Part shown: in pieces, positions 26,906 through 42,297 of the stretch
Position numbering within the stretch: the stretch's first letter is position 1
Layout: every line of letters starts with the position of its first letter
NCBI GenBank assembly: GCA_951406725.2
Contig: OX597832.1
Location: forward strand, 4,588,001-4,652,000
Length of the DNA: 64,000 nt
Source of the DNA: Octopus vulgaris
Lineage: Eukaryota
Direction: 5' to 3'
The notes under the pieces: generated by a model
Databases searched by the model: none
Told to the model about the DNA's origin: nothing
What the model saw: only the letters and a program-made list of their open reading frames with translations
Program-made: the position numbers and the translations under genes

Positions 26906-29599
26906 ATTATTAAAATAAGACAACAGTATCTTATCCACTATCTCCTTTCTCTTTCTCTTTTTCAATTTAAGATAGCAGAGTGTAATCTGAGGGTCATTTG
27001 GCAGCTGTTTCTGCTTGCATGATTAACATTTGTAAATGTTCCCAGACTGGCTTGTTTTTAGTCATTTTAAGTTTTTCATTAGCTGTTAACTGCAGAGTTT
27101 CAAATCATTTCATGGACAATGACTACCAGTGACTGATTGGTATTGTGGTTGTTTAGCTTTAGTGCTGCTTTGATCAAGCAGATCTATACTCAAAGACGAT
27201 CACAAACCCACCTTTTTCGGGCACAGTGTAATCTAGAACTCATTGTTCAATGTGTCCTGCCATTGTTTTGGTTTTAAATGGCATTACTTGAGAAAAATTT
27301 GGTTACTACTTCTAGCACATTAAGTGACCATGTAAAGGCTCTGGTGTTCAATGATTTTTTTTCCTTGTTTTTATAGTGAATATAATAAAAGTAATCAAAA
27401 CCTTAACTAAAATCAATTTTGACATTTATCTAATCTAAAATATATATAAGATAGAATTTAATAACATTTCTAATTTGAAAATGCATGAATAATAGAGTCT
27501 TGCTTTATCAGAGTTTATTCAATGTCATTGTTTTATTCATTCATCTGTTTAACACCCAATAGCATAAGTTGTAGGAAGACATTACAGAGGCATAGTTTTA
27601 CAGTTGAATGCTCTTCCCGTTGCTAACCCTTACCTGTTTTGCAAGTAATGAATTTTCCATTTGTTCTTAAAAGTGCTGAGCAACAGAGTGACTCATAGAA
27701 AAGATGTTTTTCAAATTGCTTAATATCATAGAATCTAGAATAACCTCCAGCATACAATAACACTTCTTATATATAGCTGAAAGTAGTAGTATATTCAAAA
27801 TATAAAGAATTTTCCATGTAACTGCTCAACTTACATGAAATAGCAGCCAAATTATCTCAAATCCCACCTTACCTTCTTAAATGAACAACATATTAATCAA
27901 TGTAATCCTAGATATACTAATAGACAGGATAATCAGAGTTGGAGTTCTTTTGATGAGAGATATACTTAATCAGAGCTGAGCTAGGGCTAAATAATGATTA
28001 TCATATAAAACAGATTACGAGAATGAAAAAATACACACAACTATGAATAGCTATCATAGCCAACTAATTAATTGATTATTCTACGTAAAATTCTACTGAT
28101 GTGAAGGTTAACATAATGTAGTTAACCCTTAAAATATATGTTTAATCAATTAAAATTACACATGTAGGGAAAAGGAAACAATATTCATTATCACAGGCAA
28201 GGGAGATAACTACAAAATCTAAATTGATGAAAACTTCAACGCTGGTGGGGAGGAATGAGGAGCTCAATTTCAGTAGACCTCTTCAACAAAGCATAATCTT
28301 ATTCATACTTACTAAATAGACCTTAGTTGATAAAACTGTGAGTGGAATAGTCAGCCTCAAATGACAATAGACCATAAGTGTAGCTTTGCTTGATGTTTAC
28401 CTAAATGTTCCTAAAGTATCAAAGTTAACCATGACAAAAAGGTGAATACAAACAGAGCTGCTATGGCAACCAGCTTGGTTCTCTAGTAATTAGGTTATCA
28501 CTTTTTTAATAGCAAAAATTAATGTAGAGAATACATCAATGTTTAGCCGAGCAAAGGTTGGAGATCAATAAAGAGACAAATGTTTAATTCTGTCTGGTTT
28601 TAGATGCATCAACTGAATAAATATAATAGAAAACAATAACTATGACACTAAGAATTTTCATTATACATTATGGCACTACCTCAACACTTTAAGAACTGTG
28701 TGTATAAAAGAGATAGTAACTGTATTTGTTCTAAACAGAAGCTTAACCATATAAATGATAAAATCTTTATGAGCAAAAGGTATCCATAAAGCTTGTGCTT
28801 AGCTTCAGATACGAGTCTTTTATAGGTAGTAACATCTATAGGAGCAAGGCTTTTGACACAAGCTATCCAAACACGAGCTGGTATTCTAATCCATTATCCT
28901 GTCACCACTCTACCTTTACCAAACAAACCATAGAGCAAGAGAGAAAGTTGATCAATAGATATACAGCATCATAATTTCAAAATAATTATGTTGTTGTGAA
29001 AAATTATGAACATTACTATAGAAAAGACAAAGCGTAAACAGCTTAATGGCTTGGAGATATACATTCTTCAAAGGTAAACAGTTGACACCAAATTTTTCTT
29101 CTCATTTTACCATTATATGCATTGGAATGGTTTAGTTTCCCCAGAATAATAGGTTAGCAGTAATTATAGTAAAACTTGCTCTTATAAGTAAATATTACTC
29201 ATTTATTCATAAGGTAAGAGGAAACGGAGAAACACAGCCAGTGCAAGCTACAGTGCAGGCTTCTCTTTGAAAATAAGCCATCTGGGAGGGTAATAACATC
29301 AAATACCATCTAATACAAGATAGTGGAAGCTCTTTAGTCCAGCAGTAGACAACCTCTCTAGTGTTTGTAGCATGATAAAATACACCCAGTCCACACAATA
29401 AAGTGGTTGGTGGGAAAAAGGATACTCAGCTATAAAAAAATAAAAAAAAATACAAAAACAATACAAAATGTGGTTTTCTCTATTGTTGTGGGTACCAGAT
29501 GATAAGGATCACAACAGTAGGGGAAATGCCTTGAGTTTCAGTTAACTTATGCACAGGGAAAAAAAAAAGGACAACAAAAACTGATGATATATATGGATA

Positions 29600-30056
29600 A
29601 GATATATGGATGATGACAGCTGCGTAAAGAAGTGCTGCTCTTTAACTGTGGAGGGAACCTGTGGAAGAGGTATACCTCGGAAGACATGGGGCGAGATGGT
29701 GAAGCATGATCTTTGAACATTGGGCTTCATGGAGGCAAGGACAAGTGATATGCCATTCTTGAGAAGACTTGTTAAATCATGATTATGGCCAATGCTTGAG
29801 AAGACAAGTTAAATATTATCATGGTCAATGCAGGTGTCATGTAACTGGCATGTAAAAGTACTAGTGCCAGTGGCATGTAAGAAGCACTCACTACACTCTT
29901 GGAGTGGTTGGCATTAGGAGGGGCATTCAGCTGTAGAAACCATGCCAAATCAAACTGGAACTTAGCGCAACTCTCTGACTTACCAGTTCCAGTCAAACCA
30001 TCTAACCCATGCCAGTATGGAAAGCTGATGCTAAATGATAATGATAATGATGATGA
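29600..30056 (+). mobile_element. RTE LINE 3' end
   Basis: Encodes DDDSCVKKCCSLTVEGTCGRGIPRKTWGEMVKHDL, followed by the shared 3' UTR and (gat)n tail. Confidence 0.85.
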
Positions 30057-30293
30057 TATATATGTATATATATGCTGTTGCCACCCACACAGTCACCATT
30101 TTCATAATCATTATTTAATGTCCATTTTCCTATGCATGCATGAGGAAGATTTTCTATGGCCAGATGCCCTTTCTGTCACCAACCATCACCTGTTTCCAAG
30201 CAAGTTAGTAATTCCCATAGCGAGAACATATTACCACTGAAGACTGGAAATGATCAACATTGCTTGTATGATGGTGATGCGTGTTTACAACCA

Positions 30294-30360
<67 letters not shown>

Positions 30361-33049
30361 TACATATGACAGGCTTCTTTCGTTTTCTGCCTACCAAATC
30401 CACTCACGAAGCTTTGGTTGGCCCAGGGCTATAATAGAAGACACTTGCTCAAGGTGTTACGCAGTGGGACTGAATCCAAGAACACATGACTGGAAAGCAT
30501 GCTTCTTAACTACACAGTACACTTTTACTCTACTTATTGTTGATTACTAATATAATATAATTATATTATTACCTGCAATAAATATAACATTCTAAAATTT
30601 GAATTCTTCATTAACACCTGTGTTAGCTGCTATTCTTAATTCTTATTTATCATACTTTAAAAGATTGTGTGCATTCAAATACTAAAAATGGACAACTAAA
30701 TAACTTCCAGCTTCCTTAACACTTCAAGAATGACATTAAATAGTAATAGTCTCCCTATTTTTCTAGTTCTTCACACAGTCTGCACTAAGTTTCTCTTGAG
30801 TAATGTGCTACATTATCTAGAATTTTTATCTGCTCAATGGAAAAAATGTTCTCACACAATATTTCTTTAGTTCAGTTATTCACTCTCTTGTGAATTTTAT
30901 CTTATCATTACAACAACTGTTATTGCAATTGTTATGGAATAAAATGTAGTTTCTTGGATAATTTATCAAACTTAGTTCAATTTTGTTCCTGTTGTCTGCA
31001 CCAGAGTGTGGCTTGTTTTGTAGAAAAAACATTTTTTTTCAGATGCAATTTCTATCAGAAAATTTGCTATTAAAACACAAATTCTATTTGGGGAAAGGGT
31101 TCGATATTCAAATTTCTCAACCATACAGATTTTTCAATAAAAAACAAAATAATGTTGCTGTTAAAGGAAAAAAAACTATATAATCCATGATTTCAGTGCT
31201 GTTACCTAAAGTAATTCTATAATCAATACAGAAATCCATGTAATATCAAATTAAGATGATGCATGATGAATAAAAAAAATGGATCACGTTTTCAGATTGT
31301 AAAATAATTATAGAGTCAAACAGTTGGTGTTTTTTAGATTTAAAAAAAAAATATTAAATATACCAAATTAAGTATTTACTATGTGAATTACTTGCTATTT
31401 CAGTGATTGTTGATGTTGCAAATCTACAAGTGAATGGGAAAAGAAGGTAAGAAATTCTTGGATCTACAAATATTGAGTGTCCAAATTTTTTTATCATTTA
31501 TTCAACACACTGAGATGTTAGATATCACCAAATCAAGTTGATGTAGTCACATCCTTTGATTCTGATGCAGTCCAATCTCAATACTGAACATTTTAGAACA
31601 CAGGTGGTGATGTCTTTCCAATACTTGTTTGAATGTTCCCAAGAGCATGTGCTATTCACAAAGAAACACAAGCTATTTATGTAAATATCTTCTTATAATA
31701 ATTCTATTTCAAAAGAAAAAACCAAAAAACATAACAAAGGTATTACACTTGTTTTCTTGAACAAAATAAAAGAAACAGATAATACGCTATGATCCAAAAA
31801 AAAAATAATAATAATAACTGCTTCATTTGAAAACAAACATTTCATTCTATAAGATCATCTTATATTTATTCATAACAATAATCATTCTTCAGCAGTTTTT
31901 ATTTCATGCACATTAATTTTTTCCTAGAAAAGTGATTCTTCATTAACTGTCATACAAAGATAATTAAAATTTTTAAAAAATGCTTTTTTTTTTTGTTTTT
32001 TCAGTTGCTGAGTGTGTCAAATGACAAAGCTCTGCAACAGGAGGACATATACTGTGTGATCAATCCAGTCTATGTAAATGTGTGGAGGGATAAAGGGGGT
32101 CGCAAAAAGAAATAAAGTAGCTCTAAAGAAAATAATATTCAACATCAGACAATTCTGGCTGAAGCAACTTCCCTTGAGTTATATTGCCTTTAAGAAAAAC
32201 CTGAATACCATAAATTTTCATTTCCTTTTCATAATGCTTAAGAAATCATGGATAAAGAAATTATTATCAGTATTAGTAATAGTTTTAATCAGAGATACAG
32301 AGCCTGTGATGAATATGACTTATCATAGGAACATTTCCAATACACAATCAAGCAGCTATTATAACTCCAAATAAAGTCTATCAGTATTTAGTCCCTCCTT
32401 CTATGTCATGAGCTGAAATGCTTCCTGGATAAATTATGTCTTTCATTTCTTCAGAGGCTGAACGAATCAACTATATTGTCCAACAAAATATAGGCTCTGT
32501 GCATCATTAAAGAAATCAATATTTATTTAATCTAATTTTTGCATTTTTCAAAGAACAGGTATGAGTGGTTTTGACTTCTATAGAAATATCCAAATATCCA
32601 ATTAATGATTATTCTAGGTAAGATGGTTTCCTTTGATGAAATAACAAAAATAAATAGATAGACATAAAAAATAATGGTTTAGATTCAACAATACATAACT
32701 GTAACGTTATATTACAGTAATATATTACAATACTATGCCATGGTATGAGATAAACTGACCAAATCAGAAGAAAAGTCAATTAAATTGTTATATTTCATTT
32801 TCTATCATTATGCTGATAATGTGTAATATTAAGTTACTGGCTTTACCTGCAGACAATCTCATGGAAATCTGAAACTATTATAAATGCTATAGTCAAATTC
32901 TCATTTTATCAATATTTGATAAAAAAAAATTATTTCCTGTTGGTATGGCTATATCAAGCAGCTTAGATGTCTCATGAATGGAATGCTGCAATAGATTCAT
33001 ATAATAACAATAGTTCCAGGATATTTTATATTATAATACCAAATTTTAC

Positions 33050-33955
33050 AGACTTGCTATTAAGATAATTACCTTTAGATTGACCCATTCTTTGTTATCA
33101 TCAACTCTGGTGTACCCTAACTTTGGGTGATATATCTCAAATTATTCATTATTCCTTCTGTACATTAACACTATACTTCATTCTTCCTTAATCTTCTATA
33201 CATAGTCATTATCCAAGTACAACCTGAACACTTCACACTACACTAAATTCATAAACAGGTCTATTAAGAGCATCATTCAATGAGCACATGATAACCTTAT
33301 CTCCTTCAACAGCAAAAAGACACAATTATAACACATACAAAGAAAACAAGTTTGTACCCCAACCTCTCTAGACAGAAATTAAAACCCTTAAAGAGGTTTC
33401 TAGTTTCAAGCCTCATAATATCTGAGTATCTCTCATAGCAAACCCACATTTATAGTATTTCAAAATCTATATTACGAAGAATAGGATACTTTTATCTTGA
33501 TAATTCTATAATCTCAACCTTTTGTAAGTCATGACATTCTATAAAGCTCATATAAGACCCACATATGAGTACTGTTTACATCTACAGGACGGTGTTACTG
33601 TTACACATACACACATTCCAGACCACTTTTCAAAGAGGGTCAGATTCAATCAGCAATATATTTGAATCACTAGTACACAGTTATGCTGTCTTCTGTCATT
33701 AATTCTTTATTCCCTACTACAATACCCTCTGCTACTCTGACAAAGCTAGTTGCATACTTTCCCCATCTGAAAATATTCAACCTTCTCATTACTCTTACTG
33801 CAATCTTACTCCCCAAATTCTTCACTACCCACAAATCTACCTTCCCAAAGAGGCAGCCCTCTGGAATTATCTCACTTCCCCTGTTTTTCCTACAAATACC
33901 AACCTACTACAACCTACAGATGTCCAAGCTGAACAACAATCACTTAGATCACAAA
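33050..33955 (+). mobile_element. Highly degenerate CR1/L2/Jockey-type LINE 3' fragment
   Basis: tataaagctcatataagacccacatatgagtactgt = YKAHIRPTYEYC (YKxxIRPxLEY-like). LWNxL..VFP..YNLQ-like terminus at about 33860-33920. Confidence 0.65.
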
Positions 33956-35967
33956 TGCTATGGGCAATGTTCCAATTCCAGTGACTTATTGAAAAGAAAG
34001 AACTGTTCTAAAAGTTGATAGCCAATTTTTTTTGTTATATTTACATTGCAGATGTGGTTGAGTTTCCTCAACAGAAAATATTAGTAGAAATTACAATAAA
34101 ACTAAGCAACCACTTGTTCTTCCTATGAGTAAATATTTCTCATTCATATACACACTGACAAATTATTAGTTTTCACTCTATATTTCTAGCAAATATCAAA
34201 AGGTATTTCCCTTTATTCATTCATTGCATCTGCTACTTATTGATTTCCATTCTATAAATTGTAGCTCAATCTCTTTGGTTAAATATTGCTAATCCACATT
34301 GATCTCTAATTTTGGAACCATCGATTCACTAACAAATTGATCTTAGCAGTCTTTGTTTAGTAACACAGCTGTTCTGTCCCCCTGCCTTTAAATGGAAGCT
34401 GTTGATGCATCACACATGAATGTGTGCACAATTTTGCGTGGACAAACAGACACACACACACACACACAATTTCTTCCTTTATAGAACATGAAGTGTTAGC
34501 ATATTGCTTCAGATAATAACTCAAGAGTTAAAGAATGACCTTCACCTCAATCAGAAGAAATGAACTGAAGTTAACAGAACAATTCAAAATAGATGTCAGA
34601 AGTTGGCAAACTGTATTGTAAGTTTATAGTAATATAAATTCAGTAAAGGATTTATGTTAAAGTAAAAGCAATTAGCATAAAGTGTGAAGTAATTGATGTT
34701 CTTAATTAGTCCCAAGTCAGCATTAATGGATCAAGCCTATGATCTAAGGTATTCCAACATTGACCATAGATAGTAGAGTGTGATGTGAAGGGTATTTGGT
34801 TATTATTTTTAGTGGGTCAAGTGATTACGTAAGGCTCTTTAGTCTGGGTTTAACCTATGATGTTTATTCGTACCAATTCCACCTACCCTGCCTCCACCAG
34901 TCAACAAGCATACGGAAATAGTCTGGATAGTGTAAGGAGCACAATATACCCACACTCACCGCATAGCCCTATACAATTCATTCTTGCATGTTGGAGCATG
35001 TAGCATGGAGATTAACTATGAAGGAAACATAGTATAGCTGGAAAGATGGAACAGTGGACTATACCGTACTTAGCATTCAGATGACTTTCTGTATGTCATA
35101 GAACTACTCAGTCAGAGCTGACTTGGGGGCCACACAACAACAACAACAATTACAAATGCCCCCTGCGTGCTTGGGATTGCTGGATCAGGGTTGAACTTAA
35201 CCATTTAGATACAGACCTTCCCAAGACCACATCTGCTTCCATGATACAAACTTCATGCTTAAAGTGATCTAAATTAAAACAATCTTTCAAAATTCCATGT
35301 TGATTTATGTTCCAAACAGGCACACACACACTAAATTCTTCATCATTTTCAAAATTAACCGAAACAAAGCCAGTGTATTTCAATAGAAATATGTTAACAA
35401 GAGGAATGGCAACTACCTGTGGCTATAGAACTGCCAAGTCAAGCTTACAAAAGCCAAAACAAACCTGCTAAAATCATGTGTTCTGTCTTTCTTCTTCTGA
35501 CTCAGCCACAAAAAAGTGTACAAATAAATGACAAACTATAAGCAGAGATGTATTAATTTCATCAACCCCAACAGCTCAAAAGATATCTTAGTTTTAAAAA
35601 TATATAAACAATGCCTTTTTTCTCCCATAAAAGTACTAATATCTTTATATTTTTTTCCTTCTACAGTTACCTCTTCATTATGATACTCTTACTTTCTGGA
35701 ACACAAGCAAATTGATTCTAAACTTAACTAAATATGTCCATGAAATGCTAATAAGGAAGATATAAAAATATTATAATAGTTACACCAATAAAGTCAATCA
35801 TTTTGACTACAAGGGGTCTGTTCATATTGATGCTCTCTTATTTATAAAAAGATTCATAGATAATAGATTGGTACAATCTTTTGAAATTATGTCCATTAAG
35901 ATTAGTCCAAATAGAGATGAGTACATAAAATAGTTATACTTTAAAAAATTTTTTTTAGATATAGATT

Positions 35968-36040
35968 TAAGTAAAAATTACATTACATGTAAAAATTACA
36001 AGTAAAAATTACAAGTAAAAATTACAAGTAAAAATTACAT
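35968..36040. repeat. Short tandem repeat, 13-bp unit AAGTAAAAATTAC
   Basis: About 5 near-perfect copies. Confidence 0.9.
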
Positions 36041-37312
36041 TACAACTTATTTAATCTCTTACAAATAATTAAATAAACTGAAATACTCTGGTATGTATAA
36101 TGTAATTTTTGCCTAATCTAAACAAATTTAAAACTTCAAACAACTTTCTTAAATTTTGTGTTAGATGTCCTAAAAGTAAAATCATTTTAATCTATATTTC
36201 TTTGTTTTCATATCCCTTGTAGATAGTAATAAAGCAAAATACTAAACTTTGCCTCAGATGTTTCAATATGTTCTTATCTTTTATCTTTTACTTGTTTCAG
36301 TCACTGGACTGCAGCCATGCTGGAGCACTGCCTCAAAAGGGATGTAAGGGATGTAAACAAACCAGCACTAGTTGTCAAGTAGTTGAAAGGTGATAACACA
36401 GAAACACACATGTGATGGCTTTCCACACAGTTTCTGCCTATTTGAATCCTCTCGCAAGACATTGATCTGCCCAGAGCTACAGTAGAAGATATTTGCCCAA
36501 AGTGTTACACAGTGGGACTGAACCCAGAACCATGTGGCTGCAAAGTGAGTTTCTTAACCACACAGCCATGTTGCCACCTGTTCTAGAGATGTTAAACAGG
36601 GGTTGTCAAAATACCAGTGATGGGATTGGGTTTTATTAGACCCAACCCCATCACTGGTATTTTAACTTTTAGATGATTACGGTAGTGGTTTAGCAAGCTG
36701 AAACAATATATACTAACACATAAACATGCAACTAAAGTGAAATATCCACAAAATACAAGTATGTAACCATTCAAACTTTTCAAATGAAACCTTCAATAAG
36801 ATTCTAGTTAAAAAACAAAATAAACAAATGTACAATAATAATAATTCTTTTTTGGTGGTAATTTTGATAAACTACTATTTGTTAAGTTATGACATATGTT
36901 TATATCTCATATATCATATGAGTTAAAACCCTAGATATTTGTCTGTCATGTTTATAAAAGATTTTATCAGCACTACATTAACAAAATACAGGGAACAAAT
37001 AAGTTTTGCTTTACTGATATTTTCAACTAAGAAATGTTTCAGTATTTCTAAAATATTCAGAGACAAAACAGCATCACCATGTGTATCCCAGTTTTAGAAT
37101 CAATATATTGCATCCCTGCATGCTGTAAAAGGGAACTAAAAGGGTTGGCAATAGGAGGGATATCTGGCCATAAAACACCACTTCAGAAAACTTATCTAAC
37201 CCATGCCACCATGGAAAAGTGGATGTAAATGATGGTGATGATGAGGAGGATGATGATAATTTGATCTATCAAGTAAACAGATATTTGTTGTAAAATTTAT
37301 TAGTAAGATGGT

Positions 37313-37491
37313 CAGGGCTGTGTTAGCAATATTACAGGCCCCTGGGCAAATGGATGCACTAGGCCCTGTAGTATTTATTTATTGGTAGCAAGCTATAGCA
37401 TAGATAGATTAGAATTGGGCCCCTAGATCTCTGAAGTCCCCTCACTTCCCCAGGCAACTGCCCAGTGTACTCATACATTAAGATGGCACTG
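37313..37491. mobile_element. hAT-type MITE
   Basis: Ends CAGGGCTGTGTTAG / TTAAGATGGCACTG (imperfect TIRs). Flanks aagatggt / aggatagt are consistent with a decayed 8-bp TSD. Confidence 0.7.
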
Positions 37492-38056
37492 AGGATAGTT
37501 CATTAACAGAGGAAAATATGAAATATGATATCATTAATCAGTGATAGAGTTAGATATGTGTCAATGGACCACATTAATCCCCTGACCTTAGGAGCACCCC
37601 TCTGTTTAACATGTATGGATAACCAATATGGGTAAGTTGACAAAGGCATGCTGAGGCTCCATTCAGTAGTGGATCAGAAACAGCCGAATGGAATGAAATA
37701 AGACATTATGGGTGGAATAACTTAATAGCAAAGTTAGTCAATGGTAGGCTACATCATCTAAATCATTAATAATATTTTAATAAGATAAATCATTGGTATA
37801 ATTCATTAGTAAGATAAGTAATTAAGAGAGCAGAAAATAAGTTATTATTAGCATATTAGCTTTTCATTAAGTCAAAGAAAATAAAGTTATAAGTAGAATA
37901 AACTCTTACAAGAGTAAGCATCAGGAAGGTGAGATGTTATCAGTTGAAGACAAGTCATAAGGATGACAAGTTATTAGTAGGTGAGTCATTCATAGGTGAA
38001 ATCATCGGTCATCATGCTTTTTTATAAAGGTAAATGAAGAAAATATTTTGACTTAC

Positions 38057-38092
38057 ATGCCAACTCTCCACTTCCAGTTTTCAACGATCCAG
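38057..38092 (-). CDS. GPCR 36-nt exon (ECL2): (C)WIVENWKWRVG
   Basis: Acceptor gttttgtttgcag, donor AT|gtaagt, phase 2 to 2. Completes the WCWI motif. Confidence 0.9.
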
Positions 38093-41000
38093 CTGCAAAC
38101 AAAACAAAATATATTTTATTGTAATTACTGATATTTCACTAACACATATGGATGTTTTGGAAAGTTATATTCCCTCATGGTATTAGATATTGTTATATAA
38201 TCTTCACCATTGAAAAGAATTATCTCTCAAAGATTTTCTTTGCTCATATTTGCTTTAATTGGTTGACTACATTTACTCTGTCTAGACTTTCTGAATTTCA
38301 ATGTTTCAACATTTAAATTTGTATAATACTGAAGTTCAAACTAAGAACAAGATATTTTCTTTTGTAAGACTTTCTTAACTTCAATATATTTTTACCAGAA
38401 CAATTTCAATGACTTTAACCCTTTAGCATTTAAACCAACCATATCCAGCACAAGTATTACACCTGTTTTATGTTCAAACTGAGCAAATCCAGCTTCTCAC
38501 ATTTATCCTGCAATGTGATTCTAAAACTAAACAATCACATCTTCAAAATCTCAAAGCTACATGATAATACATGACTAGCTTTAAAAGATGTAAATAAATA
38601 AGCATGACATTTGACAGAATTGTGAGAAAGTGTTGCTGCTTCATACACTCTTCTCCCTGCCTATTCTGTTGCTCCTAAAATGGTATCCTTTTGAACTAGC
38701 TAACTACATCTCTTCCCACTCGTGATATCACTGTAATTGTTACAGGCCATGTTCCTATCTCCTATTAAAAGAATATACTCACATAAATAACTTCTAATGC
38801 ATACACACACACACACAAATAAAGAGAAGATAGATCACATATACCAATGACATGTAACATATTTATATACAGTTACCAATACACAGAGTCACACAATTCT
38901 GGAGGAAAGTATTTAAGTATTTGTTTCTAATCTCTTGCAAGAAACAGTTTCAGAAGACATAGAAACTCCAAACAGCTAAATGGCGCACACAATAATGATT
39001 AAAACTAAACAAACATCAAATAAAATCAATTGTCTAGTTCATTCCCAAAAGTATATTGAATTAATTACTTAGGTGAATTTTTAACAGACAATATGGTCAT
39101 TGAAAACGCAATGGATAAATTTAGATGAAATGAGTTGAAAGGTTAAAATAGGATTCAAATCTGCTATGGTTTGCTACATTCAGACAGTATGTTCTATAAG
39201 CAAACAATAGCTGAAGATATTGATGAACATATTATACTCTTTTACTGGTTTCAGTCACTGGATTGCAGCTATACTAGGACATCACCTTCAGAGGATTTAG
39301 TAAATTGTATTGATCTGGTTACTTAGCCCAGTAATAATTTTATCTATCTAAAATGGGTGAGTTCCATAAGTTAAGTCCTTTTAAAGAACTATATCTTTTT
39401 CCAGAATCAAAATAGTACAAGATATTTGCACTGATATACACAAACACAGGCATACGTGTGTATGTGTACTTTATGGTAAGCTGAGAGCTTCATATGCCTA
39501 ACTATGAGTTTCACATTTCTGATCTTCAGACAGCAGTGAATGTTGGAGTAACTACATCCAATACATACAGCTTCTTCCAGAAACAAAAAATCCACAAAAA
39601 TGTTTGAATATAATGCAGATTGTATTTTGCATGTGCCCAATACATTTGTGAATTGCTGTTAGAGACATAGAAATATATTAAATTTTTTTAAAAATAATAA
39701 CAAAAACTATAAAAAAATATCAAAATATAATAAAAGAAAAAAACACTTAAAATATTGGGGCAAAAATTGTAAGGCATAGTGTTATATGGCTAAATTGATT
39801 AACAAGACAAAAAAATATGTATTAAAAAAATGAAAGAATTACATAAATTGCATTAAAATCATGGAACGATGAAATGAAGTGGATTGGTGACAAATGGAGA
39901 ATAAATGGTAATGACTGATGAATATTAAGAAATGATACATATGATGAAACTGATTTTTTTTTCTTTATCTTATAAAAAAGATGTGATGAAAAATTATAAT
40001 TTTATTAAAATATAAAATATCTGAAAAATTCATAAAATGTCAAATTGCAGAAATTGTAAAATAAATCAAAATAAATTTTAAAAATGGATTAGAAATGAAA
40101 TGATTTAAGAAGATGAAGGCAAAAAGGATTAAATATGAAGAGTGATCTAGGTGAAGTGAAGTGAATAGCCATTGAGTAAAAGGAATTGGTATTAACAAAG
40201 CATTGATTTGGCAACTACTACCATTTCTTCTGTATCACCCATCCAGTTTAGTCCACTGTTTCATCATCTTAATGTAACTTATATAATTTCCCAATATTTT
40301 TTTTAATATGCATCATTCTACCAGTCTTATATTCAAATGGGTTTTTAGTCATTTATTGAGCGTACTTGGATAGAAAGGAATGCATTTGTAAGTGTGCAAT
40401 ATGAGGTGGTATGTGTGTGTGTGTGTGCATGCACGCATGTGCAATGTGAGTTGGTGTGTAATGTGAGTTTGTATGATTGTGTAATATGCATGTGTGTGTG
40501 TGTGTGTGTGTATGTGTGTGTATGGTGGGGATATGTAATATGTCTGAGTGTGTGTATGTGTGTCAAAGAGTCAAGCATGAATATGAAGAACAAGAAATGG
40601 GTATGCAAATGTATGCACAACTGTAGGAACATTTGCAACCAAAACCATAAAATGTGCAAATGTCTGTCTGTGTGCGTGTGTGTGTGTGTGTGTGTGAGTG
40701 AGTGCATGCATGACTATATCCATGAAGATATGGAAATAGGTATGGACCTTTATGAAATGCATATATTTACAGACAGAAATGTGAGACAGGAATGGACAAA
40801 AAAAAAAGAAGAAAAAAAAAAAACAAAAAAAACGATACTAATACAGTTACAGAAAAGTTATACTTCCTTTGATCAACTAATTATTATTTATCTTAATGGC
40901 AATCTATTTCCCTTCCCTCTTTCTCACTTTTATTCTTACTTCACAATAAAAAGCTATACAAATATTAACTACTATTTATGTTAATACATTGCTGACTGCC

Positions 41001-41460
41001 TTCATTATATTTTCCACATTAACACAACACCTTACAACATTAATATACATTAATATATCAATTCATCTTTGCTTCTTGTTAATCAATATAACCATATACT
41101 GCAATTCCGTATATATATGTGTGTGTGTGTGTATATGGGTCTTTGTACCCAGTCCAACACTGCTATTCAAAGATTGGAAATGTGAATCTCAGAGTAACAG
41201 TCAGTGAAGTTTTAAGTATTCAACCAAAATGATAAAACTGTACAATATTCTCTCTCTATTCATTTAATTCTTTGTGCCAAAATGGACATACACACACATC
41301 TGTGCAAGAGACAATGTGTGTGCATGTGTATGTGCATATATATATATATAATGTGTACATACATACATTATATATATATATATACACACACACATACATA
41401 CCTATATACACAAAGTGCACACATACATGTATATACTTACACACGCACACATATACATAC

Positions 41461-41506
<46 letters not shown>

Positions 41507-42297
41507 CATATATACATATATACATATATATATATATAATATAACATATATACATAAATGTATATATATGTATGCACACATATATGTTTATACACGTATA
41601 TATGTTTGTATTATGTATGTATGTATGTATATATGTGTGTGTGTGTGTCTATTAAAAAGTGAAGAAGAATGACTTTTCTGGTGATTATTTTCCACTTAAA
41701 TGATTAGATGTTTATAAATCGTCATGACTGTTTTTTTCAGTGATCAGAAGTTTTTTTCCAAAATCTCTGATTACTGTAGAAAAAAAAAAAGAAAGAAATT
41801 TACTGCAACGATTTGTAAACATCTAATCATTAAAGTAGAAAATGATTATCTGAAAAATCATTCTAGTTCACTTTTTAATATATACACTACATTTCTAATT
41901 CTACTACATAAACACAGAGAGAGATAAGTTAGGTATCAGTACTGTCTCATTCTGCTACATTTCACTTATGAGGCATTGGCAAAGCTGAGACAACAGTCAA
42001 AGACATTAGAGAAGATGCTCTGTAGTGGAATCAAACCTGGAATCATTTAGTTGTAAAGCAGACTTTTGAGCAAATAGCCTTTACCTATACTCTTTTCAAG
42101 TTTCTTTACTTCCAGTCAAAGAAAATGCAACACACTTTGAATGCCACTAAAGCATCAAACATTACATAACCACAGCTAAATCAATATGTCTCACTGAGCT
42201 AAATAGTGACAAGATGGATACAGATTAAAAACTTTTCTTTTTAGAGGAAAAAAAGTTCAAAATAACATTTCAATATAAATCAGATAAAAATACTTAC

